A program made the position numbers and the translations under genes. The notes beneath the pieces were generated by a model, which was not told the DNA's origin, did not search any database, and saw only the letters and a list, made by a program, of their open reading frames with translations. This document shows positions 1 through 9,097 of a stretch of 64,000 bases of DNA, in pieces (the first letter of the stretch is position 1; each line of letters begins with the position of its first letter). This stretch comes from an uncultured Verrucomicrobiae bacterium (GTDB lineage Bacteria > Verrucomicrobiota > Verrucomicrobiia > Chthoniobacterales > UBA10450). The DNA is taken from the NCBI GenBank assembly GCA_963834385.1, contig CAWIBO010000002.1:480001-544000 (forward strand), in the 5' to 3' direction.

Positions 1-1430
1 GTCACCTTGAGGTCGTTCTTGATCTGTTCCTCGACCGCGCGCGCCCCGTTCCAGTGCGCCAGGGCAAAGCCGCCATGGATCTCCGGCTTCTCCTTCTTCG
101 CGGGCGTAAAGAACTGATAAAACTCTTCCTTGGAATCGATCACGCGCGTGTGTTCGTCGCGGAAACGCCGCGCCCGCTCCAGGAGCGCCTGCTGGATGCC
201 ATCGAGCAGCCCGGCCATGCCGCCGACGACCTCGTTTTCCTCCAGGAACTCCTTGCTCTTGACCGGTTGATCGCGGCGGCTCACGGCGAACTTGCCCGAC
301 TCCAGGTCGCGCGGCCCGATCTCGATTCGCACCGGCACCCCCTTCTTGATCCATTCCCAGTTCTTCACGCCGCCGCCCAGGTCGCGCTGGTCCAGTTCCA
401 CCTCGATCGGCGCACCGTGGAACGACTGCGCCCGCAGCCGGGCCGCCAGCTTCGCCGCCGCTTCCAGCACCGCCGCCCGGCTTTCCTCCTTCGGCGTGAT
501 CGGAATGATGACCACGTGGGTCGGGGCGATCCGCGGCGGCAGGACCAGTCCGTCGTCGTCGGAATGGGCCATGATCATGGTCCCGATGAGCCGCGTGCTC
601 ACGCCCCAGCTCGTGGTCCAGCCGAATTCCTGTTTCCCGTCGCGGTTCTGGAACTGGATCCCGCTCCCGCGCGAAAAATTCTGGCCGAGAAAATGCGAGG
701 TGCCGGCCTGGATCGCCTTGCGATCCTGCACCATGGCCTCGATGCAGAGCGTCTGGACCGCGCCCGGGAAGCGCTCGCTCTCCGATTTTTCCCCGCTGAA
801 GACCGGCACGGCGAGGTGGTCGCGCACAAACGTCTCGTAGACCTCGAGCATGCGCTGCGTCTCCTCGCGCGCTTCCGTTTCGGTCTCGTGCACGGTGTGG
901 CCCTCCTGCCAGAGAAACTCGGTCGTGCGCAGGAAAATGCGCGGGCGCATCTCCCAGCGCACCACGTTGGCCCATTGGTTGATCAGGATGGGAAGGTCCC
1001 GGTAGGATTGCACCCATTTCGCGTAGCTCGCCCCGATGATGGTCTCGCTTGTCGGCCGGATCACGAGCGGCTCGGTCAATTCCGCGGCCGGCGCCGGCCG
1101 CATCCGGCCCTCGGCATCAAGCTCCAGCCGGTGATGGGTCACGACCGCGCATTCCTTGGCGAACCCTTCCACGTGGTCCGCCTCCTTTTGCAGGTAGCTC
1201 AGCGGGATAAAGAGCGGGAAATAGGCGTTCCGGTGCCCCGTCGCCTTGAACATGGCGTCGAGCTGCCGCTGCATGTTCTCCCAGATGCCGTAGCCCCACG
1301 GGCGAATCACCATGCAGCCGCGCACATCCGACGCTTCCGCCAGTTCCGCCGCCCGGATCACCTGTTGATACCATTCGGGAAAATCCTCTTCACGCCGGGG
1401 CGTGATCGCGGTCTTGGGAGCGTTCGACAT
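1..1430 (-). CDS. proS: Proline--tRNA ligase, archaeal/eukaryote-like type (3' end outside window)
   Basis: Manual translation from ATG 1430: MSNAPKTAITPRREEDFPEWYQQVIRAAELAE..VRGCMVIRPWGYGIWE; class II motifs RPTSET and FLRTTEFLWQEGHT. Absent from the ORF track because no stop lies in the window. Confidence 0.96.
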   Translation of the reverse strand, partial: MSNAPKTAITPRREEDFPEWYQQVIRAAELAEASDVRGCMVIRPWGYGIWENMQRQLDAMFKATGHRNAYFPLFIPLSYLQKEADHVEGFAKECAVVTHHRLELDAEGRMRPAPAAELTEPLVIRPTSETIIGASYAKWVQSYRDLPILINQWANVVRWEMRPRIFLRTTEFLWQEGHTVHETETEAREETQRMLEVYETFVRDHLAVPVFSGEKSESERFPGAVQTLCIEAMVQDRKAIQAGTSHFLGQNFSRGSGIQFQNRDGKQEFGWTTSWGVSTRLIGTMIMAHSDDDGLVLPPRIAPTHVVIIPITPKEESRAAVLEAAAKLAARLRAQSFHGAPIEVELDQRDLGGGVKNWEWIKKGVPVRIEIGPRDLESGKFAVSRRDQPVKSKEFLEENEVVGGMAGLLDGIQQALLERARRFRDEHTRVIDSKEEFYQFFTPAKKEKPEIHGGFALAHWNGARAVEEQIKNDLKV

Positions 1431-1492
1431 GCGGCGAGAGCAATAAACGCAGGAACGCCCCCGCGCCAGCGGGGAATCGACTTGGCTGTGAC

Positions 1493-2116
1493 CTAGTTTC
1501 TCGCCACCAGCGCGCGCCAGCCGGTCGCGCCCTCGGCGTAACCGCCCGCAAAGTCCATCGTGCAGACGCTGCCGTAACGGGCGTGCCCGCCGTAACCGAC
1601 GCCCACCACGGCAAAGCGCGGATTGAAAATATTGGCGCGATGTTTCCGATGGCGCAGCCCGTCGTCAATGATCAGGGCCAGCACAATCTCCCGCGCGCTG
1701 TTTTTCCCATAGGCAATGTTTTCACCCCACAGGCCGGTCCACGTGCCGTAGCGCCCCAGGCGGGAACCGGTCCGGCCGTGACCGACCGCTCCCCCAGCCT
1801 GGGCCGCGCAATGATCCGCCGCGGCCCGCGCCATTCCTTCCGAGACAGCGAGCGGACCGACCGGGGCGGCCCGGTGCAGGAAGCGCACGGCCTCCTCGAC
1901 CGCGCCGCGCCCTTCCTTGGTCCGGACCGGGACCCGGCCGGGGCGGAGGAACAGATTTCCCTGGAAGCGAGGCAGCAATTCCTCGGCAAAAGTGGCGTAA
2001 AGCTGGGGATTGGTCCGGGCCAGGTTCAGTTCGCGCACCACCTCTTCCGGGGTGGCTGCGGAGAGGGCAATCGGGAAAAGAAGCGCGAAAAGCGCGGTCA
2101 ACGGGAGGCGGCTCAT
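1493..2116 (-). CDS. Secreted CAP (SCP-like) domain protein
   Basis: Signal peptide; LNLARTNP, GENIAYG and LIIDDG..RKHRANIFNP motifs. Confidence 0.85.
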   Translation of the reverse strand: MSRLPLTALFALLFPIALSAATPEEVVRELNLARTNPQLYATFAEELLPRFQGNLFLRPGRVPVRTKEGRGAVEEAVRFLHRAAPVGPLAVSEGMARAAADHCAAQAGGAVGHGRTGSRLGRYGTWTGLWGENIAYGKNSAREIVLALIIDDGLRHRKHRANIFNPRFAVVGVGYGGHARYGSVCTMDFAGGYAEGATGWRALVARN

Positions 2117-2189
2117 TATGGAAATTATAAGCAGGTCGGGTGCCAGCGCCGCCCCCCATCAGCCCACGCGGAAAACCTCTCCCCGGCGT

Positions 2190-2218
2190 TTGACACCCCG
2201 CCGTACCCCCTCTACTTT
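2190..2218 (+). promoter_or_regulatory. sigma70-type promoter of rplM-rpsI
   Basis: TTGACA-N17-TACTTT, ending 20 nt upstream of the rplM ATG. Confidence 0.7.
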
Positions 2219-2238
2219 CCACGCCTTTCCGCACCTTC

Positions 2239-2667
2239 ATGAAGACGTTCTCCGCCAAAGCCACCGAGATCCAACGCAAGTGGTGGATCATCGACGCCAG
2301 GGACCAGGTCCTCGGCCGCGTCGCCGTTAAAGCCGCCAATCTCCTCCGGGGCAAAGAAAAAGCGGTCTACACACCGCACGTCGACACCGGCGATTTCGTG
2401 GTCGTGATCAATGCCGACAAGGTCCGGCTCACGGGCAAAAAAGAGGATCAGAAGACCTACATGAGCTTTTCCGGATTCGTCGGCGGACACAAGAGCGAGA
2501 ATGTGCGCGCCCGCCGCGAACGCCATCCCGAGCTGCTGGTGGAACGTGCCATCCGCGGCATGATCCCGCACAACCGCCTGGGCCGTTCCGTTTACCGCAA
2601 ACTCAAAGTCTACAAGGGTGACCTTCACCCGCATGCCGCGCAGCAGCCTGCCGCGGTCCAATTCTAG
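2239..2667 (+). CDS. rplM: 50S ribosomal protein L13
   Basis: MKTFSAK..RKWWIIDA..LGR..YTPHVDTGDFVVVINA. Confidence 0.98.
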   Translation: MKTFSAKATEIQRKWWIIDARDQVLGRVAVKAANLLRGKEKAVYTPHVDTGDFVVVINADKVRLTGKKEDQKTYMSFSGFVGGHKSENVRARRERHPELLVERAIRGMIPHNRLGRSVYRKLKVYKGDLHPHAAQQPAAVQF

Positions 2668-2674
2668 AATCCCC

Positions 2675-3070
2675 ATGGCCCAGACACAGGAATTCATCGC
2701 CACCGGTCGCCGCAAAACCTCCGTCGCGCGCATTCGCATGACCGCCGGCAACGGCAAAATCGACGTCAACGGGCGCTCTTTTGAGGAGTATTTTCCGACG
2801 GTCCCGCTGCAGAACACGGTCCTGGAACCGTTGCAGTCGGTGAAGCTGGCCAGCTCCTACGATCTTTCGGTGAACACCAGCGGTGGCGGCGCGACCGGCC
2901 AGGCCGGTGCCACCCGCCTCGCCATTGCCCGCGCCCTCCTCCAGGTGGATGGCGAACTGCGCGGCACGCTCAAGAGCGAAGGATTCCTCAGCCGCGACCC
3001 GCGGATGAAAGAGCGCAAGAAGTCGGGACAACCCGGCGCTCGCAAGCGCTTCCAGTTCTCGAAGCGCTAG
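2675..3070 (+). CDS. rpsI: 30S ribosomal protein S9
   Basis: ATGRRKTSVAR..RDPRMKERKK..ARKRFQFSKR; start reassigned to ATG 2675. Confidence 0.98.
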   Translation: MAQTQEFIATGRRKTSVARIRMTAGNGKIDVNGRSFEEYFPTVPLQNTVLEPLQSVKLASSYDLSVNTSGGGATGQAGATRLAIARALLQVDGELRGTLKSEGFLSRDPRMKERKKSGQPGARKRFQFSKR

Positions 3071-3124
3071 AAGCAGCGCTTCCCGCTGACTTTTTCCGGA
3101 GCGGAACTCTGTTCCGCCATCTTT

Positions 3125-3143
3125 CTTTCGCCTGCGGCGAAAG
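3125..3143. terminator. Hairpin between convergent rpsI and TPR gene
   Basis: CTTTCGCC-TGC-GGCGAAAG perfect 8-bp stem. Confidence 0.4.
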
Positions 3144-3150
3144 CGTCCTT

Positions 3151-3857
3151 CTACGGAGATTGCGCCGGCTGCACCGGCGCCGCGGCGGCGTGGCCGCGGG
3201 AGTTCCTGTCACCGGTGCCGTCGCCGCGGGCTTCGCCGGCGCGGTCGGTGGCGGCAGGGTTCGCAACTGCCGTCTGGCTTCATTCGCGACCAGGCTGTCG
3301 GCATGCTGGGAAAGAATGGTCTCGGTCACGCGGCGCGCTTCCTCCAGACGCCCGAGGGCGCGCAGGAGCTGCACCTGGGTCAGAAGAGCAACGGGCGTAT
3401 TGAAATCCTGGGGGTGCTCGCTCGTGAGACGTTGCAGGGCGGCGAGTGCCTTTTCCGTTTCGCCCATGGCATCGAGGTTGGCCGCAAGACCCAGGCGGGC
3501 GGTCGAGGTGAACTGGTGTTCCGGGTAACGTTCGAGGAATTTTTCGAGCGTGGCGTTCGAGTCGGCGAATTTTTTCTCCTCGCGCTGCCGTTCCGCCAGC
3601 AGCAGGTGGGCGTTGGCCGCCGGGCCGGTCCCGGCATAATCATCCATCACCCGGAGGTAATCAGCCGGGAGCTGGGCGCCGGCCAAAGCCCTGGCCGCGG
3701 AGGCGCCACGGTATTCCTGGTAAAGTTGATAACCGCCGTATCCGAGGCCGGCCAGAACCAGCACGGCCAGGACGGCCAGGATCGGGGATTTGTTGCGTTC
3801 CCAGAACATCCCGGCATCAAGCAACGGGGAGGGATTGGAAGTCTCGTGGTCAGTCAT
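3151..3857 (-). CDS. Membrane-anchored TPR protein (YfgM-like); apparent 1-nt frameshift near 3188
   Basis: FWERNK followed by a TM helix, TPR-like helices and a Pro/Ala tail. Adding one base gives ..TPAAAPVQPAQSP* ending at 3151 and removes the overlap with rpsI. Confidence 0.75.
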
Positions 3858-3969
3858 GGAAAAAAGGGGTCCGGACGCGGAGGGATGTTATGGCACGCGA
3901 TGGATGGCCGCGCAAGCCGCTGCCGTGCCGGGGTGAGGCCAGTCCCCCCGGGGCAGACGATTCCCTTGC

Positions 3970-4188
3970 ACGAACGCGAAAGACGAAACCCTGGCGGGTC
4001 GCAACCCGGAAAAGGATCCCTCCCAGTGGACCACCGGGCAGGAATCAATGACCGGTCCGCAGCGCTCCTATCTGCAGACTCTCTGCCGCGAGGCCGGGGT
4101 CGAGTTCGATGAGACGCTCTCGAAGGCCGAGGCCTCTCGCCGGATTGACGAGCTCCAGCAGGAAACCGGGCGCGGCCGGTTCGATTAG
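3970..4188 (+). CDS. DUF3072-family small protein (start uncertain)
   Basis: Manual translation NPEKDPSQWTTGQESMTGPQRSYLQTLCREAGVEFDETLSKAEASRRIDELQQETGRG; missed by the ORF track. Confidence 0.8.
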   Translation, partial: TNAKDETLAGRNPEKDPSQWTTGQESMTGPQRSYLQTLCREAGVEFDETLSKAEASRRIDELQQETGRGRFD

Positions 4189-4850
4189 CGCGCGGGCTTG
4201 AAGCGGACGCAGCGCGAGGGCGGCGTCTTCGCCTTGAGAAAGTTTCTCATCAGGCCGAGGGCCTGCCGGTTTTCCTTTTCCGAGTTCGAGACACAGCAAT
4301 CCTCCGGGATGATGAGGTTGTAGTCGCGCATGTAGGCATCGTTGGCCGTGAAGAGGACGCAAAAGTTTCCGGCAATTCCGGTGAGGACCAGGGTTTCACA
4401 CCCGAGATAACGGAGGAGCGTCTCCAGCGTGCTCGAGAAGAACCCGGAATGTTTCGGTTTGAGAACAAAGTAATCTTCCTCATCCGGGGCGAGCTGCCGG
4501 GTGATGCCGCGCCCGCGGGACTCTGCGGAGGAGCAGTGTTCCACGATGCGCCGAAAATCGGACTGCCAGCGCCCGAAATTGTCGTTCACATAGATCACGG
4601 GCACCCCGGCCGCCCGGGCGCGCTTCTTCAGGCGGGCCAGGCGCAGGGCCATCCGCTCCGCCGCCGGCAGCATCCGCCGGGCCTCGGGAAAATCGAGGTC
4701 GTTGATGACGTCGATCAGGAGAAGCGCCGTCTCGTTCTTGTCCGGCGCGTTTCCGTCGAGGTCCGCGTTGCGCCGGGGCGCCGCCCGCGGGCTTCGCCCC
4801 CGCGCCTCGCGGTCAGCTTTTCTTCCGGCCGCCCTTCTTTTTGCCGCCAC
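4185..4850 (-). CDS. Cysteine hydrolase (isochorismatase family)
   Basis: ALLLIDVIND, KPKHSGF and GIAGNFCVLFTANDAYMRDY supply the D-K-C triad; start uncertain. Confidence 0.9.
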   Translation of the reverse strand: MAAKRRAAGRKADREARGRSPRAAPRRNADLDGNAPDKNETALLLIDVINDLDFPEARRMLPAAERMALRLARLKKRARAAGVPVIYVNDNFGRWQSDFRRIVEHCSSAESRGRGITRQLAPDEEDYFVLKPKHSGFFSSTLETLLRYLGCETLVLTGIAGNFCVLFTANDAYMRDYNLIIPEDCCVSNSEKENRQALGLMRNFLKAKTPPSRCVRFKPAR

Positions 4851-5076
4851 TTTTACGCCCGCCTTTCCTGCCGCCTTTGCGGGCGGGCTTTTTGTTTTCC
4901 TTTTTGCCGTGGCCGCTGCCGGATTTCTTCCCGCCGCCGGACATGGCGTTCACCGTGGCCCAGGCGCGGCGTTTCGCTTCCTTCTTCCTGGTCCCGCGCT
5001 CCTGGTAACCCTCGGCGATATGCTTCGCCTTCCGCTTTTGTTTTTTCGTGTATTTATCTTTGTCTCCCTGTGGCAT
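4813..5076 (-). CDS. Small Lys/Gly-rich basic protein (MPQGDKDKYT..RAWATVN family)
   Basis: Strong SD AAGGAGG before ATG 5076; conserved-looking motif KAKHIAEGY..EAKRRAWATVN. Confidence 0.8.
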   Translation of the reverse strand: MPQGDKDKYTKKQKRKAKHIAEGYQERGTRKKEAKRRAWATVNAMSGGGKKSGSGHGKKENKKPARKGGRKGGRKSGGKKKGGRKKS

Positions 5077-5193
5077 CGATTCCTCCTTTGGTTCGGGGAT
5101 TCCAAGACAAAACGCATCTCTGGCCCCCGGCGGATTGGTGACGCTCCGCCAAAGCATGCGCCCGGTCCCCGCCCGCCAGCCGATAGTCAGGGT

Positions 5194-5697
5194 ATGAACG
5201 ACTTCCTCAGTTTCCTCCACGGGGCCCTGGGCATCGATGTCCCCCCGACGGATCTCGACATCGTGCAGATGACTCTGCGCGGACTCCTCGTTTTTCTCGC
5301 CGCCCTCATCCTCATCCGCCTCGGACACAAGCGCACCCTGGCGCGCAAGACACCTTTCGACATGGTCCTGCTCATCATCGTCGGCTCGGTCATGTCCCGC
5401 GCCATCAATGGCAGCGCCGCTTTTCTTCCCACCCTGCTGGCCGCCGCCGCCCTGGTCTTTTTACATCGCCTCTTCGCCCTCACCGCCTACGCCACCGATT
5501 TCTTTGGCTTTTACGTCAAGGGAAGGCCGCACGTCCTGGTGGAGAACGGCAAGTACCGCGAGGACGTCATGCTCCGGCAGCACGTTTCCAAGAACGACAT
5601 CGAGGAGGACATGCGCTTGCAGGGGGTGGACGACCTGAAAAAGGTGCGGCTGGCCCGCATCGAGCGCAGCGGCGACATCTCCTTCGTGCTCGATTAG
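5194..5697 (+). CDS. DUF421 (YetF-like) membrane protein
   Basis: KRTLARKTPFDMVLLIIVGS, three TMs, C-terminal ARIERSGDISF. Confidence 0.88.
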   Translation: MNDFLSFLHGALGIDVPPTDLDIVQMTLRGLLVFLAALILIRLGHKRTLARKTPFDMVLLIIVGSVMSRAINGSAAFLPTLLAAAALVFLHRLFALTAYATDFFGFYVKGRPHVLVENGKYREDVMLRQHVSKNDIEEDMRLQGVDDLKKVRLARIERSGDISFVLD

Positions 5698-5735
5698 CGG
5701 TTCGCGCCCGCGCGCCATCCTGCTATTTTCCGCGC

Positions 5736-6809
5736 GTGCCGACGCACGACAAACTCTTCCTGCCCGGCCCGGTTGAAGTCTCGGAGAAGACGCTGGCCGC
5801 GTTTGCCCGGCCGATGATCGGACATCGCAGCGCCGGGTTTAAAGCCCTTTACGCCGCGATCCACCCGCGGCTGCAGGAACTTTTCGGAACACGCCAGCCC
5901 GTCTTTCTTTCCACCTCCTCGGCCTGGGGCGTGATGGAGGCCGCCCTGCGCAACCTCGTTCGCACCCGCGTTCTTTGCTGCATGTGCGGAGCCTTCTCCG
6001 ACAAATGGCTCGAGGTGGCCCGGCGCTGCGGCCTCGAGGCGGAACCGTTGCAGGTGGAGTGGGGCCAGCCCATCCCGCCGGAAGCGCTTCGCCGCGCGCT
6101 CGCCACCGGGCGGTTCGACACGGTTGCGCTGATCCATAATGAGACTTCCACCGGCGTAATGAATCCCCTGGAGGAACTGGCGGCGGTGGCGCGCGATTTC
6201 CCCGAGGTTCTCCTCGTGGTCGACGCCGTTTCCTCGCTCTCCGCGGTGGAGATCGGGATGGATCGCCTCGGACTCGACGTGCTCCTCACCGGCAGCCAGA
6301 AAGCGCTCGCTCTTCCCCCCGGTCTTTCCCTTTTCAGTGTCTCGCAGAAGGCCCTTGCCCGCGCGGAGACGACGCCGGGACGCGGCTATTATTTCGATTT
6401 CCTCGAGTTCCGCCGGCAACAGGAGGAGAACATGACGCCGAGCACCCCGAGCATCGGCCACATTCACGCCCTGCAATCCCAGCTCGACGATATTTTCGCG
6501 GAAGGGCTCGACTCGCGTCATGCCCGGCATCGGGAAACCAACCGGTTGGTGCACGACTGGGTGGAGGCGCGCGGCTTTGGCTTTTTTGCCGCGGAAGGTT
6601 TTCGCTCGGTCACGCTGACCTGCGTGCGCAACGACCGGGAGATCGACGTGGCTGCATTGGTGCGGACGCTGCGGGAACGCCATCATCTCGTGATCGACGG
6701 CGGCTACGGCAAATTGAAGGGCAAGACCTTCCGGCTTTCGAACATGGGCGACGAAACCGTGGCCACGGTCTCCCACCTCCTCCGCTGTCTCGACGATTGT
6801 CTCGGCTAG
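5736..6809 (+). CDS. Class V PLP aminotransferase (alanine-glyoxylate/serine-pyruvate family)
   Basis: LFLPGP, HNETSTG, DAVSS, GSQKALALPPG. Confidence 0.92.
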   Translation: MPTHDKLFLPGPVEVSEKTLAAFARPMIGHRSAGFKALYAAIHPRLQELFGTRQPVFLSTSSAWGVMEAALRNLVRTRVLCCMCGAFSDKWLEVARRCGLEAEPLQVEWGQPIPPEALRRALATGRFDTVALIHNETSTGVMNPLEELAAVARDFPEVLLVVDAVSSLSAVEIGMDRLGLDVLLTGSQKALALPPGLSLFSVSQKALARAETTPGRGYYFDFLEFRRQQEENMTPSTPSIGHIHALQSQLDDIFAEGLDSRHARHRETNRLVHDWVEARGFGFFAAEGFRSVTLTCVRNDREIDVAALVRTLRERHHLVIDGGYGKLKGKTFRLSNMGDETVATVSHLLRCLDDCLG

Positions 6810-6816
6810 CGCGCTC

Positions 6817-7776
6817 TCATCCGGGCGGGACCGCCAGCCGCGGCGGCGTCTCCCGCGCCCCGGCCGTCTCCGATTTGCGCCAAAAGATGATCGCGACCCC
6901 GCCCAGGACCAGGGCCGCGCCCACCAGCATGAGAAGGGAAAAACGCTCGCCTCCCAGCGCCCAGCCCAGGGCAATCGCGCCGGGCGGCGTGATCAGCGAG
7001 ATGGTCTGGAGGTTGATCACCGACATGCGCGGCATCAGCCAGTAGAGGAGGAGAAAGGTGAGCGAGGAGCCGATCACCGCCAGGTAAAGCAGACAACCCA
7101 CCGCCAGCGGCGTCCAGGCAAAGGAAAGCGGATTCCCTTCCAGGAAAAAGCCAAGCCCGAGGAGCGGGATGGCGCCGAAGACCATTTGCCAGGCCGCCAT
7201 CATTCCCGGAGCCAGCTGCATCCTTTGCCGCTTGAGCACAACATTGGAGAAAGCGGCGGCCGCGCCACCCAGGACAATGCCCACGCCACCGAGGAAGGAA
7301 AGCAACCCGTGGAACTCGAAAAGGCGCGCGCAGATCAGCACCACCCCGCCGATGGCCACCGCGGCCCCGGCAAACTTCCGCCAGACGATCGGCTCGTCCG
7401 GCAGCAGCCAGTGGGCAAAGATCATTCCGAAAATCGGGATCATGGTCTGCAGCACCGCGGCCAGGCCCGAGGAAACATGCAGTTCGCCCCAGAAAAGCAG
7501 GCCGTAGTTGAGGGCAAACATGAGGACGCCCGTGTAGGCCAGCAGCACCCAGTCCGCCCGGTTGCGCGGCAGCAAGGGCACCCGCCCGGCCGAGATCGCC
7601 ACCAGCGCGATCACCGCGACCACAAAACGGATGCCGGCAAATGAAACCGGCGGCAGATCCTCCAGGCCCCACTTGATCGCAAGCCAGGTGGAGCTCCAGA
7701 CCACGCAAAGGGTCAGCCAGGCCGCCGGGATGCGCCAATCGGTCCGGCCGACGGAAGCGGAAACGGGAGCGGTCAC
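6817..7776 (-). CDS. EamA/DMT family transporter
   Basis: About 10 TMs, VWSSTWLAIK..PP..FAGIRF; start set at GTG 7776 because the longer ORF overlaps rnpB. Confidence 0.88.
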   Translation of the reverse strand: MTAPVSASVGRTDWRIPAAWLTLCVVWSSTWLAIKWGLEDLPPVSFAGIRFVVAVIALVAISAGRVPLLPRNRADWVLLAYTGVLMFALNYGLLFWGELHVSSGLAAVLQTMIPIFGMIFAHWLLPDEPIVWRKFAGAAVAIGGVVLICARLFEFHGLLSFLGGVGIVLGGAAAAFSNVVLKRQRMQLAPGMMAAWQMVFGAIPLLGLGFFLEGNPLSFAWTPLAVGCLLYLAVIGSSLTFLLLYWLMPRMSVINLQTISLITPPGAIALGWALGGERFSLLMLVGAALVLGGVAIIFWRKSETAGARETPPRLAVPPG

Positions 7777-7814
7777 GGGCGGAGCATCGGTTCGAGCGCG
7801 CCTTCCGTAAAGGC

Positions 7815-7844
7815 GAAGGGCGCCCCGTTCCCGGGACGCCCTTC
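7815..7844 (-). terminator. Hairpin downstream of rnpB
   Basis: GAAGGGCG-CCCCG-TTCC-CGGGA-CGCCCTTC stem-loop directly after the RNA 3' end. Confidence 0.6.
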
Positions 7845-7848
7845 GATT

Positions 7849-8295
7849 GTGACGGCGATAAGCCGAATTCTGTCCCCCGGATCGCTCCGGGAGGATGATC
7901 ATTTATCTCGCCCCGCTTTCACGGAACGCCCGGTGCCGGAACGCCGGTCCCTTTGACCGGCAGCCCAGCGGCCGTGGTGCGACCAAACCCGGGGATGATC
8001 CCGGATTGCTCCGGGACGGTGGTCGAGCCGGCTGCTCTTCCCCTGTTTTGTCTTGCACCGCATGGGGTTTTTCGTGCCTCGCGGATCGCTCCGCGAGCGG
8101 TGAGCTCTTACCTCGCCTTTTCACCCTTGCCTGCACCTTGTTGCCAAAGAACCGGCGGTCTTTTTTCTGTGACACTTTCCGTCATCGCCCGCTTGCGCGA
8201 ACAATGCCCGCGTTTTTCACGCGGCATGCTGCCGTATGGTGTTCGGACTTTCCTCCGGCAAACCTTGCGGTCGGCCGGCGATCATCTGCCATCGC
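7849..8295 (-). ncRNA. rnpB: RNase P RNA (bacterial type A)
   Basis: Minus strand carries GAGGAAAGTCCG, AGGGTGAAAAGG..GGTAAGAGC and ACAGAATTCGGCTTA; terminal P1 pairing GCGATGGC/GCCGTCAC. Confidence 0.95.
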
Positions 8296-8332
8296 GGAGA
8301 AGCTAGCACAAAACCGCCGTGGTGAAACCGGT

Positions 8333-9088
8333 CTACCCGGCGCCCGCGGGCAACGCCCCGCGCAGGGCCGGGATGGCGGCCGCCACGTTGAGGTCGAGCT
8401 GGCGCAAAAACGAGATGCACTCCCGGCGCGCCTCCCGGCAAAACTCCTCCCGGTTCGAGCCCGAGACGCTCAGGGCGGAGCGGTGATCCACCCAGGCCAC
8501 CCGGGTGGCCGCGGCAAAAAGCGCCTGGAATTGCCCGGCCCAGGCCGAACGCTCCAGCGGCAGCAGGCGGCCCAGATACTCCCCGAGCCACTCGGCGTGG
8601 AACTGCAGGTGACGCGCCTCGTCCCGGAGCAGGAGCAAACAGGTTTCGTCCAGCACGGAATCGATCGTGCGGGCGCGCAGGAGCCGATAATAGGCCGTGC
8701 CCACCAGCTCGGCCGTGACCAGGAGCTGGATCTCGAACTTGAACCCGAGCGCATGCCGGACCAGCCGGAAAAGCCCGTGGGTCCAGTGTTGCCGGATCGT
8801 TCGACCGCCATAACGCACCACCAGCCGCTCGAGCAGGCGGGCGTGCTCGTTTTCCTCCGCCACGAAAAGGGCGAGCGCTTCGTGATAAGCTTTGTCCGCC
8901 GGCGCCTCGCGTTGCGCGCCCCGAAGAAGAAAGGTTCCTTCACCGGTTTCGCCCAATTGGAAGTGGGATAGGGAACGGGCCAGGGTCAGCTGCGTTGTCC
9001 GCGGGAGGGTGCTCGGTGCGTTCCATTTCGGTTCCGGCCGTTCCCGTTTGTTCAGCTGAAAATAGGCGAGCCATTGCTGTGATTTCAT
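8333..9088 (-). CDS. Ferritin-like diiron domain protein
   Basis: QLGETGEG, EENEH, AELVG..YY and DEARH fit the E..ExxH..E..ExxH pattern. Confidence 0.8.
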   Translation of the reverse strand: MKSQQWLAYFQLNKRERPEPKWNAPSTLPRTTQLTLARSLSHFQLGETGEGTFLLRGAQREAPADKAYHEALALFVAEENEHARLLERLVVRYGGRTIRQHWTHGLFRLVRHALGFKFEIQLLVTAELVGTAYYRLLRARTIDSVLDETCLLLLRDEARHLQFHAEWLGEYLGRLLPLERSAWAGQFQALFAAATRVAWVDHRSALSVSGSNREEFCREARRECISFLRQLDLNVAAAIPALRGALPAGAG

Positions 9089-9097
9089 GCGGTTTCC

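Noticed and set aside
54..1496. 480-aa plus-strand ORF
   Set aside because: Antisense shadow of proS. The many other long overlapping ORFs in the track are similar high-GC shadows.
7895..8971. 358-aa plus-strand ORF and other ORFs over 7900-8300
   Set aside because: They overlap rnpB and the ferritin-like gene and have no protein motifs.
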